Source of the DNA: Chiloscyllium plagiosum
Taxonomy: Eukaryota
Direction: 5' to 3'
Assembly: GCF_004010195.1 (NCBI RefSeq)
Contig: NC_057726.1
Location: 62,184,850 to 62,248,849 of the forward strand
Length of the DNA: 64,000 nt
This document shows positions 1-13,600 of this stretch, in pieces. The notes beneath the pieces were generated by a model, which had not been told where the DNA came from, did no database searches, and saw nothing but the letters and a program-made list of their open reading frames with translations. The first letter of the stretch is position 1, and each line of letters opens with the position of its first letter. Made by a program: the position numbers and the translations under genes.

Positions 1-150
1 TCCTATCCCTCAGAATCCTTTCTAACACCTTGCAGACGACAGACATGAGACTTCCTGGTGTGTAATTGCCGGGGATTTCCCTATTTCCTTTCTTGAAGAG
101 AGGAATTACATTTGCCTCTCTCCAGTCCTCAGGTACGACTCCAGTGGAGA
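1..150 (-). mobile_element. CR1 LINE ORF2 fragment
   Basis: Minus-strand VPEDWREANVIPLFKKGNREIPGNY...VLERILRD. Confidence 0.85.
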
Positions 151-194
151 TGGATTTGGTAGAAATGTATTAATTGCTTAAGCAATGAGAGGTC

Positions 195-1365
195 TACAAG
201 GTTCCCCATGGGAGATGGGTTAGCAAGGTTAGATCTCACGGAATACAGGGAGAACTAACCATTTGGATACAGAATTGGCTCAAAGATAAAAGAGAGAGGA
301 TGGTGGTGGAGGGTTGTTTTTCAGACTAGAGGCCTGTGAGCAGTGGAGTGCCAGAAAGTGCTGGGTTCTCTACTTTTAGTCATTTATATAAATGGTTTGG
401 ATGTGAGCATAAGAGGTTTGGTTAGTATGTCTGTAGATGGCACCAAAATTGGAGGTGTAGGGGACAGCGAAGAAGGTTGTCTCAGATTACAGCAGGATCT
501 TGATCAGATGGGCGAATGGGCTGAGAAGTGGCAGATGGAGTTTAATTCAGATAAATACGAGGTGCTGCATTTTGGGAAAGCAAATCTTAGCATACGTATA
601 CACTTAATGGGAAGGTCCTAGGGAGTTTTGCTGAACAAAGAGACTTTGGAGTGCAGGTTCATAGCTTCTTGAAAGTGGAGTCACAGGCAGATAGGACAGT
701 GGAGAAGGGGTTTTGTATGCTTTCCTTCATTGATCAGAGTTTTGAGTACCGGAGATGGGAGGTCATGTTGCAGTTGTACTGGACATTGGTTAGGCCACTG
801 TTGGAATATTGCGTGCAATTCTGGTCTCCTTCCCATCGAAAAGATGTGGGGAAACTTGAAAGGATTCAGAAAAGATTTACAAGGATATTGCCAGTGTTGG
901 AGGATTTGAGCTATAGGGAGAGGTTGAACAGGCTGGGGCTGTTTTCCATGGAACGTCGGAGGCTGAGGGGTGACCTTATAGAGGTTTATAAAAGTATATG
1001 GGGCATGGATAGAAAAAATAGACAAAGTCCTTTCCCTGGTATAGGAGAGTCCAGAACTAGATGACATAGGTTTAGAGTGAGAGGGGAAAGATATAAAAGA
1101 GACCGAAGGTGCATCATTTTCACACAGAGGGCGGTACATGAATGGAAAAAGCTGCAAGAGGAAGTGGTAGAGGCTGGTACAATTGCAACTTTTAAAAGGC
1201 ATTTGGATAGGCATGTCAATAGGAAGTGTTTGGAGGGATATGGGCTGGGTGCTGGTAGGTGGGACTAGATTGGGTTGGGATATCTGGTTGGCATGTACAA
1301 GTTGGGCCAAACGGTCTTTTCCGTGCTGTACATCTCTATGACTGTATGGCTGTATGACCCTCTAT
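195..1365 (+). mobile_element. 5'-truncated CR1 LINE (RT C-terminus, 3'UTR, tail)
   Basis: WAEKWQMEFN, LVRPLLEYCVQFWSP, RRLRGDLIEVYK; degenerate CTATGA-type tail. Confidence 0.95.
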
Positions 1366-2809
1366 CAGAGTAACTTTGAATTAACAACAATTTAAAAGAG
1401 ATGAAAAGATGACATAAGTCAGTTCGATTGATTCTTTACATAAGAGCAAAGGAACTCTAAACCGTAATTGCCATTGCAAGCAGAATATGTGAAGAATTAT
1501 TATAAATTCAAGATTGGAAAACTGCACTCTTTGAGGAAACAGGACGGCTGAGATGATTTGAATGATTCTTTAAAAATGCCAGATCCCAGAAAATATTTGA
1601 TAGTTTCTGGCTCCACACGGATAGATGTGAGCTAGGTAACTGCATAATATTAGCAAAAAGGACACGAGAGATTAGAAGATTCATGGATCATTCCATAGAC
1701 TGTACTGTCAACGATTTCATATCAGTAACATAAACAAGACTGGCAATCACAAGACAACAAAACAACACAGAACTCAAATCATTGACCAAGAATTATCACT
1801 CAGGATATGCTGATTTGTAGTAGGCAGTGTGGTCTTCAGAACAACCTTACACGTTTGTGCTTTTGATTCATGCACAAGAACGCCCAGATCACTTGGTGTT
1901 GCATTTTTTCGAGGTTGTCCTCATTTGAAAAATACACTTCCTTCAAAAGATAAATGATCTCACAATTTCTTCATTTAATTCACAAGGCCAGATATGTGCT
2001 CATGCACTTGACTAATCTAGATCCTGTCTAAAATTCCATAAGGTCTATTGCAACATGTCCTCCCATCTATTTTGGTGGCATCAGCGAATTTGGTGACATT
2101 ACACTTCGCTCAATACCTGCAGGCTATTAAAAATAGATAGAATGTTTAAAAATATTCTTCAGTCAAGGTATATGGACATCACTCACTAAATCAGCATTCA
2201 TTGCCCAACCCGATTTGCCATTGAAAAGGTGCTAGGAAGCTACATTCTTGAACAGCTGTGGCCCATTTTTAGTTAAGTACACGTTGAAAATATTATCTTT
2301 TTACTTTTGTGTTTCTTAACCTACGGAATAAAATAAGAAAGAATAGTTTTGAAACCCAAATTTACGAGGATTACTGCATCTCTAACAAGTAATGAATTTC
2401 AAACCTTTGTTGAACTATGTCTATATAGGTCTGTGATCCAGCATGTGCAGGGCAACTGGAGCCATGGTGTTGCTTAAAAGTGAAAGGGATTAATTTGTGA
2501 ACGAGAGACTATTCAATGGCAACTGACCTTCACCTGCCGACCACAAGGGCATTGATTGTCAGTCAACACAAAATCTTCGGCTGTGAGTCAGGCACAGAGA
2601 AACTGTTCAGATCAAAAGAGAAACCAGCACAGCAGATGCAGACAGAAACTTTGTCTCTCTGTATTCTCTGCAGTAGGGCTCTTTAATCCAAAAGAAACCG
2701 AGGCTGTCTATCCTTCAGAAGATGCTACAATTTGTTATTTTCAATTGTAGAGGATGAGCGACTCACCAGGTCACTTTGATACAGGGAGAAATTCAAGTGA
2801 AGGAACCAA

Positions 2810-3080
2810 GTAAGAAAGTAGTGCAAATAGGGCACAATATAATTTGGGGAATAAAAACTGTTCTTCGCACCAGGAGCAAGTGACCCGAAGGATGTGCTGC
2901 CTATCTGATGGAAAAGTTAAAGATATCTGATCAGGACTAGAACAAAACTCGCAGAGGGACGGGAAGGATCCAGTTGCTGATATCTATGCTGGAGGTAGTG
3001 ACACTGATAGGACAAGAAAGAATGTTTTTCTGAAATATTTTGAACACTTAGGAGCTAGATTAGAAAGCAGTACATCAATA
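2810..3080 (+). mobile_element. Old CR1-like ORF1 esterase fragment
   Basis: Degenerate CCLxxxxVKDI...GKDPV...RTRKNVFL...LGARLESST, resembling the SGNH ORF1 at 62 kb. Confidence 0.55.
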
Positions 3081-3705
3081 TAATGAACTGCAGATGCTGG
3101 AAATCGGGACCTTGAGTTGTTGAACTCGATACTGAGTCATCAAGGCTGCAGGGTCCCCAAGCGGAAAATGAAAGGCTATTCTTCCAGTTTGTTTTGACTT
3201 TCACTGGAGTGCTGCAGAAAGCCTGACTGAAAGATGTTGGCCTGAGAAAACAGTGGTGCATTGAAGGTGCAGGCAACACGGAGCTCATGATCATTTTTGC
3301 AGGTATAATGTAGATGTTCTCCAAAGCGGTCCCCCAGTCTAAGCATGGTCTCTTGTATAGAAGACAACAGTGTGGGCACCACCATCCACATCCAAATGAT
3401 TATAAATCGCCACTTCCGCCAGCTCCAGTAGGACGCCAACACGAGATACGTATTCCCATTTCCTCAACTGTCAGCCTGCGGCACAGCGAGTTTCCAGTGG
3501 GAAACCTACGCCTGCTCCTGCTTCTCTCCAAATGTCGCCCCAAACCCTACGGTACCTTGCCAGACAATCGCAGAAGGTGTTACGCTGTTCCGTTTATTTC
3601 CTCCCTCCTCACTAAACAAGGTCCCAGGCACACATTCCAAGTAAAGTAGCTATTTACCTGTACTTCCTTCAAAAGCGTTTACTGTACACACTGCTCACAA
3701 TGTCG
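3081..3705. mobile_element. Penelope-like element fragments (GIY-YIG region, both orientations)
   Basis: Minus-strand RLGDRFGEHL...CSSESQNKLEE; plus-strand atttacctgtacttcc...tgctcacaatg GIY-YIG-start motif. Confidence 0.7.
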
Positions 3706-3905
3706 TATAGTGAGGCAAATCGGTGGCATGAAGATAAATCCCAGTCATTAATTATTTGCCATGTTGGCTCTGACTTCCAATCAAACTGGATCCACAGCTG
3801 GATAAATTTTATCTATACTACCATTCACTATCACACTGACATTTGCCTTTATTAATAAAACTGCCGTACCTCATCCTGTTTCTGTTTTGCCTATTCTTCC
3901 CGAAC

Positions 3906-5053
3906 ACTGAATACCTTTGAACATGGATTTGCCAAAACTAGCCACTCTGCAAACATGTCCCTGTAATGGCTATCAACTCATATTCAATTATTTCTATTTA
4001 AGCTGTTCTTTCGGCCACCCAAGCCCTTCAACGTCAGCATGGTTCGTCATCCAGTCTGCGTACTCTGTCTAGTTCTGTTCTAACTTTATAAACTTCTGTA
4101 AAATCCGTCCTTTCTTTCAAAGCAATCCTTAGCGATTCAGTTTGTGCACACATTTAAGTTTTGACATCCCAGGAATTATTCTGGAAAAGCTTGTTAAATT
4201 CCATCTATTGCTAGATCGTACTTTCTTATAGGCAGAGACCAAAACTGCACAAAATGCTCCTGCTTTGGTCTCACTAAGGCCCTGTACATTTTCAGTTTAT
4301 ATCCCTGCAACTCCATTGTAATCTTTTAGCTTTGGAGGTCAACATGCAAAGTGCTTCTTCAACACCTGCTGCGAAGGCATGCTAACTGTAAACGACTGGT
4401 ATATAACGTTATTCAGAGCTCAGCTTCACACACCACTACTGCCATTCAACATACGCCCATACCAACCAGCCCCACCTCCCCCAATTCCAAACGATCACCA
4501 CCGCCGCATTTCCCCCGCACTTGACTTCCTGGATTCCTACCAAATGGATAACCTCATGTTTAGCTGAAACGTAAGCATTTCTGCAATCGCCTTGCAGCTA
4601 ACTCTCACATTAAGGCCATCTGCAAACATATGGAACTTACACTTTGATCGCTTACGTATGCATTAATACACATTGAGAATAGCCGAGGTCAAAGCTCTGA
4701 CCACGAAGGTACGAATCACTGAGAGACACTTGGAAAATGAAGCATGCATAGCCTCTCGGTGCTTCTTGTCTGTCAAACAGTTCTTTATTAAGGCCAAACC
4801 TCTTCGTGACACAATGACATGACGGAATAGTTATATCAAGCCACTTTATTCCAAGAAATGGTATACTTCAACTAAATTGAAATATTTCCGAACCAATTCG
4901 TACAGCAAATGCATTACTAAAGTTGAAACTGAATGTACAAAACGAACAGAGACATGGTATTGAAAAATGGAATCATTCTGTGTTCATGTTTGCAGCCTCA
5001 TAGCCAGGGACACAGATTCGAAACCACTCTCGGGCGACTGTCTTTTTTATGCA
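3906..5053 (+). repeat. 1148-bp direct repeat, copy 1
   Basis: Near-identical match to 6927-8074 at offset 3021 (checked at start, middle and end). Confidence 0.95.
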
Positions 5054-5949
5054 TGCCTTCTCAATAGTATCGGTAGAATTGTGAGCGGTGTTGAAATGTT
5101 GTTTCATAGACCTGTCAACAAACTTCTGACGTTGTGATACTCACCTATGGCTCACCTGTGCCTGCTAAAATGTCAACGTAAAATTTAACCAATACCACGT
5201 GTGCGCTGTCCTACAGGGAGGATGCATGCATTGAAATTGCAATACAGTGGTATACAGAAGTGTATGGCTCTGTGATTACTCAATATTAAAATTGTACACC
5301 ACGATGTCTTTTGAAATCAAGTCAGACACAGATAAAGACATATCCTGCTGAAATAACAACCTCTCACCTGATTCATATGTAACCCTACATTTTGAATATA
5401 ACGTCGAACAAACATTGAAAGTTACCAGTGCAGAGAACATATTGTTTGTCTGACCTTCCAGTTTTCAACTGCAAAAGTAGTTCGATGCCAGACTATTGAC
5501 TGAGCTCCCTAATACTTTCTGCTGGGTTAAATAGGTCACTGCACACTGTGAAGACAAAGCTTGATCTTCATATTAAGGATTTCTCCTATTCTTTTTTGTA
5601 GTGCTGCAACTGTCGTAGGTTGAGAATGCGAATAGCAGCTCAAAATTAGACCTTCAAAAGTGATTGTACGCTGTCAGCTGCAGCACAGCTATATCCCACC
5701 ATAATCTATGGTTCATGTTCTATTATATCCTTCATTCTATCATTGCGAAACGGCTGGTGGATTGACTCCAGCTGACTGAGGAAAGAAGATAATTGGATGT
5801 GTGCCTAAAACTGAGAAGCCAATGTTGTAACTTATAATAAAGTCGCATATACTGTGTACCAGGAACCATAACCAACTTATTATAAACGGAGATTAGTCGC
5901 TCCCCATTACATCAACATTTCTGCAGTACAGCCATATCGTGTCAATGTT

Positions 5950-6340
5950 GTTACTCCTGAGTGATATTTATTTGTGCAGTATTTGTTGTTTATATTAATG
6001 ATTTAGAATCGAAACATAGGCGTCAAGATCAACAAGTTTGCAGAGGAAGCAAAATTGATTATGTACTTGACAACGAGGAGGAAAGACTGAAACAGCATGA
6101 AGATAGAGATGATTAGGCAGATTGTGCACAAAACTGAAAAATCCAATTAAGTCCAGAGAAGTTGAATCAGCGTTTTCTTCTGAGGTTCAATAGGCAGGAA
6201 ATTCACAATGAATGAGAGGAGATTGTGTTGGATTAAAGAGTGCAGGGATCTTGCAGTGAATGTCCACAAACTGTGAAGGGAAGCAGGACAGATCAGCTTG
6301 GAGACTGCGAAGGCGTACTTCACATTTTAGTAAATATAAA
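5950..6340 (+). mobile_element. Old CR1 RT fragment
   Basis: tatattaatgatttag...aagtttgcagaggaagc (YINDL/KFADD-like), heavily decayed. Confidence 0.6.
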
Positions 6341-6926
6341 CCGAAACAACTGCAGGAGTTGTAAATCAGTGAGAGACAAATGCTGGAAAAACTTAGCAGA
6401 TGTGGAGAGAAATCAGAACTGAATTCTGAGGAAGGATCACTCGATCCGATATGTTACTTTGGTCTATGTCCACAGATGTTGACACACCTGCTGAGCATTT
6501 CCAGCAATTTCTATTTTTGTCTCTTCACTTCTTATTCCCTTGTCAGCAACGTCAATATGATAATAACAACGATTGTGAAGAGTCTTTGAGTAAAAGAGCG
6601 CGGTGACTGTTAAGAATACGTGACGTGATGGTATCGATGATTTCTGTTTGATGTTTCCTGTATGTTCCGTTGTATAATATCCTCCTTCCCCTTCCCCTAA
6701 GCACAAAGTGCATGGATCGCTGATGTTTTACCTCACAACCTTCTCTCTCCGCTTGCGGAGGCCTTTGCTCATTACTTTTTAGCCATCATTCCCGAGTCAC
6801 CTCCTGAACAAACTCCATCAACATTAAAATGAAATGGTTGTGGATATCGGATATCTGAAACAAAACAATAACGGTAGAAAAGATCAGGAAATCTAATAGT
6901 ATCTCTAGAGAGAAGCAAAGTTAATA

Positions 6927-8074
6927 ACTGAATACCTTTGAACATGGATTTGCCACAACTAGCCACTCTGCAAACATGTCCCTGTAATGGCTATCAACTC
7001 ATATTCAATTATTTCTATTTAAGCTGTTCTTTCGGCCACCCAAGCCCTTCAACGTCAGCATGGTTCGTCATCCAGTCTGCGTACTCTGTCTAGTTCTGTT
7101 CTAACTTTATAAACTTCCGTAAACTCCTTCCTTTCTTTCAAAGCCATCCTTAGCGATTCAGTTTGTGCACATATTTAAGTTTTGACATCCCAGGAATTAT
7201 TTTGGAAAAGCTTGTTAAATTCCATCTATTGCTAGATCACACTTTCTTATAGGCAGAGACCAAAACTGCCCAGAATGCTCCTGCATTGGTCTCACTAAGG
7301 CCCTGTACATTTGCAGTATATATCCCTGCAACTCCATTGTAATCTTTTAGCTTTGGAGGTCAACATGCAAAGTGCTTCTTCAACACCTGCTGCGAAGGCA
7401 TGCTAACTGTAAACGACTTGTATACAACGTTATTCAGAGCTCAGCTTCACACACCACTACCGCCATTCAACACACGCCCATACCAACCAGCCCCACCTCC
7501 CCCAATTCCAAACGACCACCACCGCCGCATTTCCCCCGCACTTGACTTCCTGGTTTCCTACCAAATGGATAACCTCATGTTTAACTGAAACGTAAGCATT
7601 TCTGTAATCGCCTTGCAGCTAACTCTCACATTAAGGCCATCTGCAAACATATGGAACTTATTCTTTGATCGCTTACGTATGCATTAATACACATTGAGAA
7701 TAGCCGAGGTCAAAGTACTGACCACGAAGGTACGAATCACTGAGCGACACTTGGAAAAAGAAGCATGCATAGCCTCTCGGTGCTTCTTGTCTGTCAAACA
7801 GTTCTTTATTAAGGCTAAACCTCTTCTTGACACAATGACATGATAAAATAGTTATATCAAGCCACTTTATTCCAAGAAATGGTTTACTTCAACTTAATTG
7901 AAATATTTCCGAACCAATTCGTACAGCAAATGCATTACTAAAGTTGAAACTGAATGTTCAAAACGAACAGAGACATGGTATTGAAAAATGGAATAATTCT
8001 GTGTTCATGTTTGTAGCCTCATAGCCAGGGATACAGACTCGAATCCACTCTCGGGCGACTGTCTTTTTTATGCA
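6927..8074 (+). repeat. 1148-bp direct repeat, copy 2
   Basis: Matches 3906-5053; ORFs 4379..4567 and 7400..7588 are the same sequence. Confidence 0.95.
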
Positions 8075-8335
8075 GTTTGCACATTCTCCCCGAGTTTGCG
8101 AGTGTTTCCTCCGGGTGCACTGGTTTCCTCCCATGGTCCAGAGATGTGCACGTTAGGTGAATTAGCCATGCTAAATTGCCCACAGTGTTCAGGGATGTCT
8201 AGATTAGGTGCATTAGTCATGGGAAATATGGAGTAATAGGGTAGGGAAATATGTCTGGATGGGATGCTCTTCAGAGCGTCGATGTGGACGTGTTGGGCCA
8301 AATGGCCTGTTTCTGGAGGAATTCTATGATTCTAA
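8015..8335 (+). mobile_element. HE1-type tRNA-derived SINE
   Basis: gtttgcacattctcccc...ggtttcctcc...gctaaattgccc core and CR1-like 3' end. Confidence 0.85.
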
Positions 8336-10508
8336 AATTGGGACTCACACTAAGTAATGAAACACTGAGTACAAAATTTCCCCTTTGGTATTTTTGCCTT
8401 GCAATTGAGCTATTCAGGATTAAAAACTTACAGTCGAAGCATTATTTATGACAGACACAAATGGCGATGCTTCCCTACTAAATGTCGAAGGGCAAAAATT
8501 TCCATGCTTAGGCAGGCTCCCTCCTGTGAAACAAGAGCCAATGCTGACACTAGTGATAGGGACAGGGAGGTACAAATTGCTGAGGGAATTTTGAGCAATG
8601 GGTTATGTTGACACTGACCCTCATGGTGAAACATCCTGACACATTTCCTTTACCTTTCAGTACAAAAGTGCTAGTGTCAATTAATGTTATTCATATCAGT
8701 GAGGTAAGCACCACACATAGTCAATGCTTCATCGTTGCCAGGCATTAGGAGGGTTCGGCCATGGGTATCCGTGTGATATGGTTTCACTGATAAAGACCTC
8801 ATGTCAGAAGATTCCTGCAGCCACCTGCTGCACAAGTGGAAATACTCATTATGTATATTCTTTGTCATTGTGATTCACATTGTGCAGCTCAGAATTCCAG
8901 TAAGATCGAGGAAAACAGTGATAGATCTTTGCCAGCGTGGCTTCCAGGCACCTCCATATTTGAGAGTCCCAGAACATTCAAACTCCTTTATTGATCGTCC
9001 TTCTATTGAACCACCATGGGCTTTAAATCTCCACAGGTCTCCACTTAATCTGTCCATATGTCCACCGCCATGCGCATCCTCACTCACCCCCACTATCTCT
9101 CGTACCTTGGAATATGAGGTGACCATACCGGGCATGGTCTTACACTTATCCTCCTCCTTGCCACAGTGACCGTTACTGCAGATGATCCATGTTTCTCCCT
9201 TACTCCTTTTCTAACTGTCCTTTTACATGACGTGGTCATTCAAACATAGTTGCTGCAACCCTTTCACAATTGTCAGTCCTCCTACCCCACTTAGCCTGAA
9301 GCATCCAGACTGCACGATGAGATTGCCATGACTCCTTCAAGTGACAACAGTCTCCCTATGGTGGTCCCAGGTGAACATAGAAACCAATCTCGACTACTCG
9401 ACCCTTCAGCTATGATCGACCATTGAATAAGATCATGGCCGAACAAATTTTAACCTCGATTTTTCATTCCCTTGGTCATCAACAATCTAACAATTTCTGC
9501 TTTAAATCATTTTAAGGTTCTATATCCACTGCTTTTTGAGCAAAGGGACTCACACTCCTAAGAACATAAGAATATAAGAGCCACAAGCAGATAAAACCAA
9601 TTCCATCCCTCCAGTCAGCTTCGCAATTCGACACAAACATGATTGATTTCCTCTCGTCCTCAACTCCGTTTTCCTGCCCGTTCCCTATTACTCATTCATC
9701 CTCTGAGACATTTTCATTTCTCAGCCACTTTCTGTTTAGTTTCCGTGAACGGACCTAATAGGACAGCTCTGGGCAAGCTGTGGCCAGATTCTTCACTCGT
9801 GTCTATCAATCTGCCGAGTAGTTTTAATCCCGCCCATGGACTAATCTCCGTGAAGCAACAGGACTGGCGATATTCCAGTCCTTAGACTGCAGACTCTGAC
9901 CAAGACCAACCTGATCAGGGACCTCACTTTTCCTTGTCCTTCAGAATTATATTAGAGATTGCTCTTGACTTTATGTTCCAAATCATCCTGAAAGCTTTGT
10001 ACCACTATGGACTACTCCCTTAAGGCTTTGAGACATGGCTGTCTGCTGGCTGCGCATGATAGCCTTTGGCTCATAAACTGTTGGCACTGATTGTAGGGTT
10101 AGACTGATAGAGCACATTGCCTACATCAGGTTCAATGTCCTTTTGATAAAGAATTGCTCATCTGCAAGACAAAGTTGCACGGTTTTGAGACTTCGCTAAT
10201 AGTAGAGCAAAGCATAGATTCTGAGATGATGCAAGAGGTCAGTAACTGAATGCAGGAGACGCGAGCAAACGAGGCAGAATTCCCTGCACTCAAAGTGTCT
10301 TTCCACCCGACTTTCAACACAGGTCATTGGTGCTCTTAACAACATCAACGTAAGATTAATCTGGTATTAGAGTACAAGCACTAACTATTCCTATCTGATA
10401 TATCGCTGCAATACTTATACACGGAGAAGTGAAATTTAACACGCCTGAAGTTCAAATCTGAAAAAAATGCAATCAAAACACGTCCAAATATCTTCTGCGT
10501 CTAATTCG

Positions 10509-10685
10509 TTACGGCTTGCTATTTCTTGCTGGTGCATAGTTATCTTCTGTTCCTTTTCGTCTTCCAGTCTGCAGCGCTGCATACTCTGTGCCTTCTTTGG
10601 GATTGTGGTACTTCTCCGGTTTCATTGGACTACTCAACGTTAGCGCAGAATATGTCACCTTATTAGCGACAGCGTCTTGTGCGAC
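10509..10685 (-). CDS. Exon 7, terminal cytoplasmic exon, ITIM VTYSAL and ITSM-like TEYAAL
   Basis: Acceptor cctttacag. VAQDAVANKVTYSALTL...EGTEYAALQ...NSKP then TAA. Confidence 0.88.
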   Translation of the reverse strand, partial: VAQDAVANKVTYSALTLSSPMKPEKYHNPKEGTEYAALQTGRRKGTEDNYAPARNSKP

Positions 10686-13600
10686 CTGTAAAGGCAGCAT
10701 TTAGAAATATTGTTGAAGTAATATGGAACAGGATGTCCTCAAAGTGGTCATCAGAAGGACATGGAAATGATTTTCCGTATCTCACATGGTCAATGTCAAC
10801 TAAGGCAAATACCTTAACTGACAGGCTGAATCGCGATTTCATCATAATAATGTAAATTCTTCTTTGGTTATTCAGTCTTACCTCGGCGTACGTGCTTCTC
10901 TCTGCTTCAAATATACGTCTTGGAGTTCTCCTGCCTCTGCTGAATTCTACCGCAGTGTATTGCACACCCTCCGACGGCGCTTCCTGCGAGGAACAGATGC
11001 TAAATATTTCATTAAGTCCCTATTTCATGTCTTCAACAATTCGTTCGCCAAGCAGGGAACAAATGTACCCTTGGCCCGACTTCACTTGCAGAATCCACGT
11101 TTCAGATATATTCACGTGATTACAAATACTAATCCATTGTGGTCAATTTTAAAAGCTAAACTTTTTTTCACATGCATTTTGTAACACAATGTTTCAATGT
11201 CAATAAGTGTCAGCATTGGAAAGGATTTAATTTCAATCGAAAGAATGACTGAAAGCATAAAGTGCTATTAGCTAGAAACATTCTCATAAATATGACCAGA
11301 TTTTAAAAATCCAATTAATATTATTTGTCAAAAAGAATATTGCACCAACTGCATTTCAAACATCATTGGGTGAGCATAAACTTCAATAACCTTAAAGCGT
11401 TTTGAGGTGATTAGCATATTTCTGCCATCATTGCATGCGTCCCGGGCATTGCAAACCCCTGTGGTGATGAAGGAATGAACTTACCACCTTGTCACGACGA
11501 TCCGGTTGCCTTATGCATTCTCCATCATCTGCATACCAATGAAATATAATTACACTATGAGATGGAATTATTAATCCAGTTTCCGTATGGAAAACGAAGC
11601 TTTACAATTCTGAACCAAAGCGATAGAAAAAGACTATCAATCTTCAGTTGATACACAACAATAATGAAGAAGGGAGAATATGACATGGTCAACATCAGTT
11701 TCTAATCTTCCTGTTCGTAAAGGAACAATGATTACTCGGAAGAGGAATCACATTACCAGCTTCATTTCTGGCAGGGTACAATTCATTAGTTATGTTCAAA
11801 AGTGACGTTTTTTTGGAAACTAATATTCCTGAGAATTATTAACATTCTGATAACAAAATTATAACTTTTTCTGCGTTATGAAATGGGTCTGGAACAATCT
11901 GAGCTCTCTTAGAAAGTAATCAATTGCGTTTTCAACTTTAAATCATTTGGCATTCTCCAGAACATGCTAATTCCCCTTCATCCCCTTTATTGTCCTCAGA
12001 CTTCAACTGGATCGAAAATCAAGAGTTGACAGTATTTCTTACTTCTGTTAGATCGAAGCCCATATCGCTTTACAATTATGGTCACAAGCACGAGAAACGA
12101 AAATCCAACTGCCGCACAAATTGGAGTCCAGAAAATGAGTGAACTGTTGATACTGTCTGCAAAATTAAGAGGACATTAATTGCTGGTGGTGCTTGGATAG
12201 GAACTATTAAGAACTGTAAGAACCGCATTATTGAAGGGCAGTGAAAAAGCAGAAGTGCCAAATATTCTTTCAGTTGAATGTCGAAATCACTTCCATTTCC
12301 AATTGATGGCAAATTTTGAATCAGTTTCTGGAATGGATTCTTGGTTTGTACATCAAAAAGGACTGTTTTGCAAAGGTCGGGACACAAAACTGAGTGATTA
12401 CCTTTGGTCTAAAATACTGTTCTTCTTGACTTTGTTACGGATTAACACACGTTTTCTTGAAATTAGAGTCATGATCTCACAAGCATTTTCTTCGCTGGTC
12501 ACATCAAATTCTGAAATGGGGCGATCGGTTGACGAACTTTTTGCAAATAAATGAACTGTCTTTTTGATATTCATTGTATAACAAAGGACAGCTACTGTTT
12601 TGTAAATTGTCATTTTATGAGAGGACTAAATATTGTCAAAGTTAATGCATTAACTTTGCCGCACCATAGACAAGTCAAGTCCTCACATAAGCTTTGGGTT
12701 ATGTGTGAGACCCATCCCGTTTGAACGTGCCCTTGAGAGATAATACAGTACTTGATAAGGGACGACTTAGAATTCTGCCCTGGACACAACCAAGTGGGGA
12801 TGCAGGTTGAGCGAACCCAAACAATACAATGACCTCCCTGCAACAGTATAGGGAAAGTAGGCACTCGTCAGGAATGAAGTAATTTTACACGGAAGCAAAA
12901 CTGGTGAATGAGATGATGGCAGAAACGGATGAGGTACAGTTAGTAAGTTTGCAGATGACACCAAAATTGGAGGTGCAGTGGACAGCGAAGACGGTTACCT
13001 CAGATTACAACAGGATCTGAACCAGATGGGCCAATGGGCTGAGAAGTGGCAGATGGAGTTTAATTCAGATAAATGCGAGGTGCTGCATTTTGGGAAAGCA
13101 AATCTTAGCATGACTTATACACTTAATGGTAANNNNNNNNNNNNNNNNNNNNNNNNNNNNNNNNNNNNNNNNNNNNNNNNNNNNNNNNNNNNNNNNNNNN
13201 NNNNNNNNNNNNNNNNNNNNNNNNNNNNNNNNNNNNNNNNNNNNNNNNNNNNNNNNNNNNNNNNNNNNNNNNNNNNNNNNNNNNNNNNNNNNNNNNNNNN
13301 NNNNNNNNNNNNNNNNNNNNNNNNNNNNNNNNNNNNNNNNNNNNNNNNNNNNNNNNNNNNNNNNNNNNNNNNNNNNNNNNNNNNNNNNNNNNNNNNNNNN
13401 NNNNNNNNNNNNNNNNNNNNNNNNNNNNNNNNNNNNNNNNNNNNNNNNNNNNNNNNNNNNNNNNNNNNNNNNNNNNNNNNNNNNNNNNNNNNNNNNNNNN
13501 NNNNNNNNNNNNNNNNNNNNNNNNNNNNNNNNNNNNNNNNNNNNNNNNNNNNNNNNNNNNNNNNNNNNNNNNNNNNNNNNNNNNNNNNNNNNNNNNNNNN

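Noticed and set aside
12402-12510. Possible extra minus-strand stalk exon (EFDVTSEENACE...)
   Set aside because: 109 nt would shift the frame between phase-1 exons, and no counterpart was seen in the paralog.
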